From positions 23,622,001 to 23,686,000 of the forward strand of contig JBHGNT010000005.1 of the NCBI GenBank assembly GCA_043228905.1: a stretch of DNA of 64,000 nt. The letters run 5' to 3'. The notes beneath the pieces were generated by a model that searched no databases, was not told where the DNA came from, and saw nothing but the letters and a program-made list of their open reading frames with translations. Position numbers and translations under genes: made by a program. This DNA is from Azolla caroliniana (Eukaryota; Plantae; Polypodiophyta). Positions 11,158 through 22,300 of this stretch are shown here, piece by piece; the stretch's first letter is position 1, and the number at the start of each line of letters is the position of its first letter.

Positions 11158-11959
11158 ACTGGTTTCGCATCGGTCACTAAATTGATCTTATGTTGATAGA
11201 ACTTCGGATCTAATCCCTTCATGTCCTCGTGGGACCAAGCGAACACATCTTTATACTTCCTAAGCAGTGCTATCATCGCCTCTCTCTGATCCGGTAGTAA
11301 CTCTTTTGCGATGGAGAGGAATCGGGGGTCTGATGTCGTACCTAAGTTCACTTCTTCTAGGGCTGAGGCAGCGACTCGTCGTAAAATTTCCATTTCCCAA
11401 GGATTTCGGGTTGCGGCACCCTCCGATGAAAGAACCGCAGAAAGGCCGATTGTAGCATGTCGAAGGTCGTGATTGCTGGTAGATCCATCTGCGAATGCCA
11501 AAACGCAGCTCTACCATCCAGCGTTAATCCAAACTCTGTCATTTTGGACTGGTGCGCTACCTCTTCTGGAAGTCTCTGCGCCATGTGATTCACATTCCAA
11601 ACATTCAAGAATAGGCGAATGTGGGTTGCGGCGTCAGTTTCACCGTTGAAGCGGGGATAGGAGAAGGCCATGTTGGACGCTACGGTGGGCTGGGGAAGAC
11701 CACCGTACTTGTGTGGTTACGGAACTGCCTATGTGTCGCCGGGGTATTTGGTGAGCGGGAAGACGATTTTGTGGTCCCAACAGATATCACTGAGGTCACA
11801 GAGTTGAGGTTTTTGCCTTGCGCGTTCCTCTGTCTGGCGTGTGATAGACCTTGTGACTGGTCGGTCATGTCGTGTTAGCTCTCTGGGACGTCTATGGCTA
11901 AACATCCATTCGTTGTTGTTCGTCTGCGAGAAGACACAAATCACCAGGCGTGCCAAACA

Positions 11960-12428
11960 TGTTACCGATTAGGAACGTTGTCTACGGTCAGTCCTTCGAC
12001 CTAGACCTCAAGGTGACTGTGTTGCACGGAATGGTACCGTTGTACCGTAATACGTCATGGGATACTTCCCCATATCCTAGTAGTGTATAAGGGGAGACGG
12101 CTACAACCGAACTCCTTAGGAAGTGCACTTAGTATCTGCACTTATGCCTACACCTTTACGATTATAGTCTGCCACAGAGAACAAAGAACACAGTATATAG
12201 AACCACAAATATGCACAGAAATCAAAGAAGATAGTATTCTATTAGAATAACGCTCTATGCATTAGAATTACACGCTACCTCTTACAGAGGATTTCTGCCC
12301 TTTATATACCCAAGGTCTTTTAGCCGTTCACGCTTCCCGCGTGAACTGTTACATGCGTTTCTTACATTTTTACTATATTCTAATATTTCTGCGCTTCTGT
12401 CCGTCGGTTACTATTCCGGTGGACAATA
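11960..12428 (-). repeat. 5' LTR of Gypsy family A copy 1
   Basis: Its reverse complement aligns with the LTR at 60659 (ccggaatagtaaccgac; ttcacgcgggaagcgtgaacggcta; gtctaggtcgaaggactgac). It ends AACA + 4 nt + PBS. Confidence 0.85.
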
Positions 12429-12550
12429 AAAACAATAATACTCTTACATTGAATATTGAACTTCATAACTCAATTCTATTACAATTTACCATTGAACTTC
12501 ATAACACAATTCCGTTACGATTTATCATTGAACAATCCCCCTCTAATATG
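12429..12550 (-). mobile_element. Possible PPT plus start of a 3' LTR of another LTR element (insertion target of family A)
   Basis: The minus strand reads AGAGGGGGAT-TGTTCAATG, a purine tract followed by TG; short internal repeats attgaac(ttcataac). Confidence 0.4.
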
Positions 12551-12699
12551 CTCCAAATGTAGAATGGTTACAAGGCTTAGAGAAAAACAACAAGAAAACA
12601 TAAAATGAGAAATGCATTGTCTGTGTCGATGGACTGATCATTGTCTGTGTCGAGGGTCCTATTATCTAAGTCATCACTCTAGAGTCTATGTGTAGACAA

Positions 12700-13016
12700 T
12701 AGACTCGAGACTCGTGACTAGTTGCAAGTTAAAACTTAGACTTGACTCACCACTACTTAGACTTGAGTTAGAACTTAGACTCGTGGCTAGTTAGAACTTA
12801 GAACTTAGAACTTAGACTTTAGTAATAAACTATAGTAATTACTAATTAAATCACTTAAATGGCTTAGACGGCTTGAGCCGGTTTGGCAAGGCTCAAGCCA
12901 AGCCAAGCTGAGCCCAAACCGTTAAGGTAGGCTCAAGCCTAAACCGAGCCGCTAAGCCGCTTTAAGCCGGTTAAACCAAACGGTTTAGGCTTGAGTCGAG
13001 CCGTTGTCGATCCCTA
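12700..13016 (-). mobile_element. One end of a hAT-like DNA transposon inserted in Copia RT
   Basis: The minus strand begins TAGGGATCGACAACGG directly after Copia codons K-S-L-Y, followed by dense subterminal AAGCC/AACCG motifs. The other end was not found and the left boundary is approximate. Confidence 0.65.
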
Positions 13017-16000
13017 GTATAAGCTCTTCTCCAACTGACATACCAAGTGCTCCTTCCCTTTCTTGACAAATCCCTCCGGTTGTTGCATGCAGATCTCTTC
13101 TTCGAGGTCTCCATGTAGGAACGTTGTCTTGACGTCTAGTTGGTCTACCTCGAGGTCCATGCTTGCGGCAATGCTCAACACAGTCCGGATGGATATCATC
13201 TTGACTACCGGGGCAAAGATCTCGTCAAAATCCACTCCTTTCTTCTGTTGAAACACTTTCACCACTATCTGGGCTTTGTATCTTGGTGGATTTCTGGCGT
13301 CTCCCAGTTTTAGCTTATACACCCACTTGTTCCAGAGCGCTCTCTTTCCTTTTGGCAGCTCTGTCAATTCATGTGTGGTTCTCATGCAGGGAATCCATCT
13401 CATCCTGCATGGCATTTAACCACTTGCGGCTGTGGGAGTTTCTCTTTGCTTCTTCGAAGCTTTCCGGCTCCCCCTTGTCGATCAACAACACATGCTCTGC
13501 ATCTGGAAATTTCCGGGGGGCTCTTCTTTCCCTAAATGATATCTTCTTCCTTAGTGTTTCGGCAACCAGTTCCTCCATTTGTTATTCATCCGAATCTGAT
13601 TTGAGGTCTTGTCCGGTTCCGGTGTCCAACTCTTCTTCTTCGGTCAGTTCGGATTCTTGTCAGACTCCAACCGGTTCTTCAAGTGTCATCCGTCTTCCGC
13701 CCGTATGGGTCCTTGTGTCGGTCAATCCAGAGCCCGCTATCTTCTTCTCTAACTCCCAGTCGGCAATTGTCTTGTCTTCCATGAAGACCATATCTCGACT
13801 TCAGAACACCTTCTTGTCGACCAAGTCCCACACTCGGTACCCGAACTCATCATCGTCGTATCCAAGGAATATGCATGGCCGGAATTTCGGATCCAATTGT
13901 GCTCTCTTGTCCTTTACAACATGCATGTAAGCAAAGACAATCGAACACCTTCAGATGCCGATAAGACATGCCTTTACCGGTCCATCCTCTGTGGTGTGTC
14001 TCCGTCCAAGGGTGCTGAGGGTGATCTATTTATCACATAAGTCGTCGTCATCAGCGCCTCAGCCCAAAACGTCTTGGACAACTTAGCATGTGCCAGCATG
14101 CTTCGGACTCTCCCCATCACAGTCCGGTTCATTCTCTCAGCCAACCCGTTCAATTCCGGCGTCTTCGGCACAGTAAATTCGAATCGAATTCCCTTCGACC
14201 AGAAATACTCCTCGAACTACCCCTGGTATTCGCCTCCATTGTCCGCTTGAACCGCCTTCAGCTTCCATCTGGTTCCGCTTTCCACTCTCACATGGAAGTC
14301 CTTGAAAATGGATAGTACTTTGTCCTTCGCCTTCAGCGGTGAGACCCACAACTTCCGGTTGTGGTCGTCTATGAACGTCATGAAGTATTGCAATCCGGCA
14401 TGTGACTTCGTGTCCACTTGGCATACATCAGTATGCACAAGTTCCAGTGGTGCATTCCGTCTTGTCGGTTGTCTCGATCAGAAAGAGGTTCAGTTTTGCT
14501 TGCCAGCCAAACAATCGGTGCACTTCTCAAGATGCATGTCTTTCACCTCTGGAATGAGGTTATCTTCGGCAAATCTTCTCATCACTTTCTGGCTCATGTG
14601 GCACAACCTTTTGTGCCATAGCTCACCGGCATTTTCAGATGCCACGTTCACTTCTTCTCGGCAAATTCAGGCATGCATCAGGTACAGAGTGTTGATCTTC
14701 CGAGCTTGGGCCACAATCAGGCTTCCTTTGTTGAACTTCATGACTCTGTTTGGGATGCTACCCGTGTAGCCTTCATCATCTAGCTAATCGGATGATATCA
14801 TGTTCAACCGAACCTCCTAAACGTGTCAAACATCCTTCAGCAACAATATGCACCCGGTTGATGTCGTTAACCACATCTCTTATGCCAAGAATTTAGCATG
14901 CACCTTCATTTCCCATCCGGACAGAGCCGTGATCTCCGGCTTTGTATGATGAGAAGCACTTCCGATCAGAGGTCAGATGGAACGATGCTCCAAAGTCAAC
15001 CACCCATGTCATCTCGTCGCTGACAAGATGCATCTCACTCTCCTCGGTGATTAGTAGCAGTTCTTCTTCATTTGTCACGATCGTCGACGTTCCTCTCCTT
15101 TCCGAAATCTTCTTCGGTTCCGGAATGTCGGCTCCCCCTTTGGTTTTCCAGAAGTGTCGGCAATTCTTTTGGAAGTGCCCTGACTTCCCACAGTAGAAGC
15201 ACGTAGGCCTCCCCCTTGACTTCGACCTCGTTCCCGATTTGTCCCGGTTTTGGGGACTCCGATTTCGGATTCTTCGCTGGTTACGATCATCTTCTGTAAC
15301 CAAGGCCTTTGGATCGGTTCTGGACTCCTGGTCCTTCCGACGAGCTTCTTCATCTAGCAAGCTCGACTTTACTCTTGGGATAGGTGTTTACCTTCCGGCC
15401 CGACATTGCCCAAAGTGACAACTAGCGTCTCCCAACTATCCGAGAGGGAACCGAGTAGGAGCAACGCGAGTACCTCGTCGGATAGAGGTACTTCCAACGA
15501 GGTTGTTTGATTTATGATCCCCTGGAAAACATTCATGTGCTCCGCCATGCTGGATCCGTCTTGGTACCGGAGTCTCACTAACTTCCAGAATACCGAAACC
15601 CCATTTACGACGTTCTTGCTCTCCAACATGGTACTAATTTTCTCCCAGAGCACATGTGCCTTACCTTCTTCATTAAAGTTGTTGTGCAGGCTCATGTCAA
15701 TGAAGCACCGGATGTATGTTGTCTTCTTCATATGCATCACCTCCCACGTCCTTGCATCGATCTTGTCCGTTTTCTTGTCCTCGAACTGTACCGGCAACCA
15801 GAGATCTTTAACCACGAGCATGTCCCTCATCTTCGATTTCCACACTGGGTAGTTGGAGCCAGTGAGCTTGAACATGCTTCCGAATGACTCTTCCATTTTC
15901 TCCAAGGTTTAGAACCTTCGCTCTGATACCAGTTTGTGCGGAAATAGTACACAACCACAACCGAGTCTTAATCACTCAATGGAAGAAAACAGAAGATGAT

Positions 16001-16344
16001 GAATAAGACGATTAGTGCACTTACACAGAATGAGACGACACCAGATGTTTTCATGGAAAACCCTAATAGGGAAAAAAACCCATGGGAGCCCACAGACTCC
16101 AAACAAGATTGTTATAGATGAGAGGCACAACAATGTGAGACTCAGAGGCAATTACCTCGAGCTCTGGCTTCGCCAACCGGCAGTTACAACATAAGATGCT
16201 TTCTGTATCTCGCACTTTCTCTCTCTCTCAAACTCTCTGTATATATACAACCACATCTCTACTCACATTGTATATAAAGTGATTACCCTAAGTCATATTT
16301 ATACTTATATGACATTAGGACTATTTACAAATATAGCCATGACA
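13017..16344 (-). mobile_element. Truncated, degenerate Ty1/Copia element (Tnt1/Tork-like)
   Basis: LTR 15935-16344 (TGTCAT..GCACA), PBS TGGTATCAGAGC (tRNA-iMet, 15920-15931), Gag, CFYCGKSGHFQKNC, WVVDFGASFH, integrase (HTDVC, DNGGEY), and RT up to QLDVKTTFLHG..KSLY. Integrase precedes RT. Confidence 0.93.
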
Positions 16345-17767
16345 GGCTTATTAAAAATGATTTTGATGTTACCAACCTTCACCCTTACATTAGGGCACAC
16401 CCCGTGTAGCTCTTCCGTGGCGGGGGTCGTCACGCGTATCTTCCACATGTGCTTGGTATTAATCGGTCATTTACCCTTCTTGTAGAAGTCCATTGACATC
16501 AGATTGATCTTCGACCCATGGTCAATTAGTGTCACTACAGGCACCTTTACATCCCTGAGCCAGACCGGGGTCTCGGTTTTAGCCCTCGCCCAATGCGGCT
16601 TCATGTAGCGGTTGTCGGCGTATTCGGTTTCCATCTCCACTTCGTCGATGTGTGCAACCTTTACTTTGATCGGCCTCTTGTTCTCCAGCTCCTACGAGAG
16701 TTTCTTCCTCTTCACGAGGTTAATGATAGAATCATGGAACTCTTTCTTTGTTATCCCTAGCACCTCCCTCAGGGTGAGTTCCACCTGACTATCGAGGATT
16801 CATTCCACCAAGACCTTCCGCATGTCCGTCGCTCTCTCTATCTCCGAGCTTAGTCGGAAGCTCGAGAACTTAGCCCTTTCTTGTGAGCCGGGATGTCCCT
16901 CATTATCATTTCGGCCCGGTAGGCATCCAGATAGCTTGTCGTGTCCTTCCCATTAAATCGGCCTATCATGCCGCCTCTCATTTCGAACTCCTTTGCTGCC
17001 CCCTTTCACTTCGGGTTCACCAACGATGTCATTGTATTCTGCAGGTATGTGTTGGAATGGGGTGGGACCACCGGGGTCTTGAACGAAGGAGCCGTTAAGG
17101 AGAAGTGAGGAAGAGAAAGATTATTTGGATTGGTCTTCAGTTGTCTTGTTGGCACACAGACTCGGGTATGTAACCGGTTCAGGCCAACCAACGGATGTTG
17201 AACGATGAGGGCACAGGCTCAGGCACGTGTACTGTTCCGGACTTGTTGCCGGATAGTAAGCGATGAGCACACAGGCTCGGGACTCGGATAAATGCGCGGG
17301 CAGATGGAAACAGAATGGAGATGCGGACTCAACAAAGAGAATAATCAGATGCAATGAAAACGAAATGAATTAGCAGGGAAAATGATAAATCTAGACTCTG
17401 CCGGAAACAGAGCTAGGTGCTCTCGAAAAACACACACAAAACCGAATGATGAGCCTCTGGTCGGGAGCATGCGGGCTTCCTGTGTGAGCAGAGGACTCGC
17501 CTTCTTCCCGAATCAGTGCAGAGCGAGAACGGAGGGAACGATAGAGCTCCTAATCACAAACCGATAGCACTCCATTCTCCAAAATGATGGATGCCTCCTT
17601 CAGTCTTCTCTCCCTCCTTTTATAGTTCAAGGAGAGAGTGACCATTACATCAAGTTGTTATCACATCCGCTTTTATGTCCTCAATTCTCTCCTCGATTTC
17701 CTCCTAACTAACACCTTTATTCTTCTCTATACATGTGGGACTTTAAAGTACCTATCTAAATCACACA
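16345..17767 (-). mobile_element. Gypsy-type relic: aspartic protease fragment plus probable LTR (~17169-17767)
   Basis: The minus strand near 16400-16610 translates to ..VPVVTLIDHGSKINLMS..; upstream is a TG..CA-bounded block with CTATAAAAGG. Confidence 0.6.
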
Positions 17768-17779
17768 ACCTAGTATTCA

Positions 17780-18560
17780 TCAACACATAAATATTACATA
17801 TGTTTGTACATAAAGACAATTTTGTGTGCATTCTTGCACACCCCTGTTCACGCGCATTCGGCGAGTTTCTCCTAGTAGTCGGAATCCTCCACGACAACAT
17901 AAAGCCTTATTTCCTTGAAACATGTGAATTGTGAGAACTCTCTCATCTTTGCAAATGAAGTGATATCTATGAGGAGTTTGAGAGCACAACTAAACATTGC
18001 CTTGGGTCTTTCTTTTGCCCGACCAAAACAGATGCAAGCCAAACCTATCTTCACGGACGAGTATTAACCCCGAATGTCTTGAAACAATTGTGCCTCTTGT
18101 TGGGATATGATTGATGTTGCAAGAGTAAGTCTAGTTCGCTACTCGATCGGTCCAAAACCCATCCTTCTCTCACATACATACATTCCACAACTTCGTTGCT
18201 TTAGGAAATAACCACGATAATGATGCCATTGCATGATGATACAATATATTTGTAGTGTCCTGTAACAAGTGTGTACCATCTTGTAACCGTCAATCCACCC
18301 AAGGTGCAAATTTTGTTTTCAATGGCAAAGATCCATGCAACAATGGTATATCTTGTAATTTCTCCCAAATAAATCCATAATTTGGGGGAATACATAACCA
18401 TCGCTTGGCATCTTCAAATTCCGACAACCTTTGAGATTCATTATCAACTACATCTTCCAAATGTACAATCCCCAATCGAAATAAACGATTGAATTGAGAC
18501 CTCAACTTCTTTTTCCCATGCTAAAACAACACTCGAGAAGAAACAAGCAATTCATTTTGT
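17780..18560 (-). mobile_element. Degenerate fragment, possibly the C-terminal region of a LINE ORF2
   Basis: Remnant peptide RLFRLGIVHLEDVVD..LSEF resembles the post-RT region of L1/Tx1 ORF2; no catalytic motif seen. Confidence 0.35.
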
Positions 18561-18629
18561 AATGAATTACAAGACTCTCAATCACACTTGATGGTCCCCA
18601 TTCAAAAAAAGATAATGCATCTTGTCATG

Positions 18630-19280
18630 ATCTTACCAAATGTTGTCCACATACAGCAGAATGTCCAATCTTTAGAGGAATACTTCCATTGAGTAATAGG
18701 ATGCTTGAATCTCCCCCCCCCCCCCCTCTCTCTCTGGGGCTTTCTCTTTCATTTTTATCTCATATATGCATACACACAATCTTACCAAATGTTGTCCACG
18801 TACAGAATGTCCAATCTTTAGAGGAATACTTCCATTGAGTAATTTTATTGCATATATGCATACACACGATCTTACCAAATGTTGTCCACATACAGAATGT
18901 CCAATCTTTAGAGGAATACTTCCATTGAGTAATTTTATCGCATATATGCATACACACGATCTTACCAAATGTTGTCCACATAGATAATGTCCAATCTTTA
19001 GAGGAATACTTGTTCTTCCCCCCCCCCCCCCCTTCTCTCTCTCTCTGGCTTGAGTAATTTTATCGCATATATGCATACACACGATCTTACCAAATGTTGT
19101 CCACATACATAATGTCCAATCTTTAGAGGAATACTTCCATCGAGTAATTTTATCTCATATATCCATACACACAATCTCTACCAAATGTTGTCCATATACA
19201 TAATGTCCAATCTTTAGAGGAATACTCGTCCCCCCCACCCCCTCTCTCTCTCTGGCTTTCTCTTTCATTTTTATCTCACA
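18630..19280. repeat. ~90-bp tandem repeat, about 6 copies, with poly-C/(CT)n interruptions
   Basis: cttaccaaatgttgtccac recurs at about 18632, 18781, 18871, 18961, 19086 and 19177. Confidence 0.92.
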
Positions 19281-19362
19281 TACACACATTAAATTACATG
19301 ACATATTTTCAGTAATCTCATAATTTAGTGCTGTGTGCGTCTTTTGCTTGTCCTCCATCGCC

Positions 19363-22300
19363 ATGGCTGCTGCTTGTTCACAGCACGCCATCGCCATCGC
19401 CAGCCCCTTGCGGCAGAAGAAGAAATTATTCTTCGGATCTGAGCCTAACAATGTCTTCTTCTCCAACACCATCACTCCCCCACCCTCTCTACAACTACCA
19501 CGCCTTCGTCAGGTTCCTCAATTCCCTCTCGATCTATATAAAACTCACGAATCATTTTCTCTGCTCCTACCTACCTTTGTTCCACGTTTCGTTACTGCTT
19601 TCTTACAGTCTTTCTTTCTTCTTTATAGCCTTTCTTTTGCACTTTCTTGCAGTTCTTTTGGCTTTTTTCATCCTGTCTTGTTTGTTGGAAAGGATTTATT
19701 TTTCTTTCCTGCATTATATTTTTTCTTTCTTTCTCAGTACGGTAAACTATTCTCTTTGCAGAATGTGTCAACATGGTCCCTTCCATGCATAAATCAATCT
19801 TATCATCGTTTCATTCGAATGGCTATTGTGGAGGAAAGGCCTCACATGGTCTCCGGAAGCTCAACTAAATCTTCTCCTTCTTCGAGCATCCTGGTACATT
19901 TGAAAAGCCAAAAGTCATTTTCAGCTAATTTGCCATTTTTTCAATAGAGAGGAGAAAAAATCTTAGTTATCTGATGTTTGAATTGAATTATATGACTCAT
20001 CTCCTTCTAACATCCTGTTACATTTCGTCTAGTTCAATTTGTATCCAGCTATTTGTCATGCAATGAACTGTCATGCGTTCAATTTGACAATCCAATGTTT
20101 GAATACAAAGTCCGATGTTTGAATGTAATTATATGTTCCATTATTCAAGAGTCCAATTAGCTGATTTTTGAATGTAACTATCTGATGCTACTCTTTCTAG
20201 CACCCTGGTACATTTGACTTAAACCTTTCAAAATGTCATGCAATAATCACAGAAATATACATTTTCATTAGATATTTTATCTTTGGATGCAACTATTTGA
20301 TGTTTGAGTCTAACTAGTTGTCATGCAGTGACCTATCTGATATTTGAGCATAATTATCCAATGTTTGAATGTGATGTTTTATGTTTAAATGTAACCATAG
20401 ATTCCATTATTCAAGATGATAACTAACTGAGGTCTGAATGTAAGTATCTGATTCTTCTATTTATAACGTTCTGGTACATTTCATGCAACCTGTCAAAGGG
20501 TCATGCAATGATAAACAGAATTTGACATTTAGTAGATTGGAAAGAAGACTGTAACTATCTTATGTTTGAATGTAATTATTCAATGTTAGAATAAAGCTAT
20601 CTATTACCTGAGAATATGTCTAGGGAAGATTGTAATTTGTATCTCTGTGATGTATGATTTACACAGTCTGGTGCATGAGAATTTGCTGTTATCGACTAGA
20701 TGGAGAAGAGTGTAACCTATTAATGTTTGAAATGTAGCCCTATCCAATGCTTGGACGTAGCCTATCCGATGTGTGAATGAAATCGTTTTGATGTTTCCAT
20801 GTAACCTGATTGATGTTTGAATGTAACATATTTGATGTGTTGACATAACTTATCAATGTTTGAATGTAGGCTTATGAGATAATTCAAGGACCCCTGGTAA
20901 GATTCCACCTTTTTTTGGCCTGTCAACGCTGTCCTAGGTCAGTATTTTTGTTTTCCATTTTCTTGGAATCATTACAGGTGAGATGGAGTGAAATAAGTAC
21001 CAGCAAGGCTGCTCGTGAACCTCCCACTGCCGTGCTGCTTCATGGAATTTTGGGATCTAGGCGTAACTGGTGTACGTGTGCATTAACGCATCATGTTTTT
21101 TTTCACTTGTTGCATACACTGCAATATCAAGTTAACTCATCAAATTCTGACTAACTCTCTGTAGAATGTGAGTTGGTGTTTGCAATAATGGATAGCTGAC
21201 AAGGAACATTTTGAAATGAAATTTAAAAGTAGAGCATTTTTTTGTCTTATCAGATAAAACATAGAAACACACTTTATGTTAAAATGTCGAATCACCATTG
21301 CAATGTTTTCTATCAGATAAAAACATAGAAACATAGATTACATCATAATGCTGAATGACCATTGTAATGTACTACAGATGTAATAAAAACCTTCATGCTA
21401 TGAGAAAAGCTATTAATAGCAGCAGTGGAACAATTGTAAGAAACAATAGACACAGCCAAGCTGTGAGAAGGTTGTTAGACAGCAATAGAAAAATAGTTGC
21501 AAAAAGAAGAGACGTAGCCACAGAGAAGAGCCTGTTTGTAAGTAGCAGCAAAAATAAAGTTCTTACAAAAGAGGCTAGTATAGCGTATTTATACAAAACT
21601 GGGGAACGTGGGTGAAATGGTTGGTTGGTAGTTAAGTGACTCTTGCACTACCAAACAGGTGCAATAAATGAGGAATAATCTTGGAAAAGTGGAAGATAGA
21701 GAAGACATTTAAAGAGTTGCGGATTCTAGGGAGAGAAGAATCTAGGAAGAGAGAGAATGTAGAGGAGAGAAAATAAAAATGAAAGAGAGTGCAGGTCTAA
21801 GCTGCCATCCTCCAACATCTCTCAGCTCCAAAACGACAGTCCAACATTGAGTCAGAGGAGCTTATCAATGGCTTGCCTTGAAGTGGGTTAATAAAAAAAT
21901 CAGCCCCATTTTCTCGAGTAGGACAATAGGCCAAGTTCTTGAGTGGCTAATTCACGAACAAAATGGTACTGCACTTCAATATGTTTTGTTCTACAATGAA
22001 ATGTTGAACTATGAGCCAATGCACGGGCACTTTGGTTGTTAGTGAAAACTTGAATAATAGAGTCTTGCAAAACACCAATTTGATAGAGCAGTTGCATTAA
22101 GCAAAGCAACTAGCAACAAGTATTCAAATAGGTTTGATATTCAGCTTTGGTGGATGAAGTAGAAACTGAATTTTGCTTCTTTGATTTCCAAAAAATTAAG
22201 CGCGAGCCTAACACAGAACAATAGCCAGATATGCACAATCTAGAATCAATATCACCTATGCAATCAACGTCTGAGTAGCCAACAAGCTAAATGTCGCCTC

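Larger units (their letters stand above)
1..12428 (-). mobile_element. Decayed Ty3/Gypsy LTR retrotransposon (family A, copy 1), interrupted by a younger element; 3' end runs off the window
   Basis: Minus-strand order: LTR 11960-12428, PBS TGGCACGCCTGGTG (11942-11955), Gag N-terminus (11357-11671), RT (3304-4150 plus 11163-11370; 'FLDDF'), RNase H ('FVDASD', 2481-3290), integrase (1400-2480; 'WVETKPL', 'ISDQGSHF'), then an extra ORF. It has many stops and frameshifts. The frame ...DAKPV|KQRRYRMNP... rejoins across the inserted element. Confidence 0.93.

Noticed and set aside
18630-19280. CRISPR-like array or repeat-protein ORFs
   Set aside because: The units are contiguous tandem copies without unique spacers, the context is eukaryotic, and the ORFs arise only because the 90-bp period is a multiple of 3.
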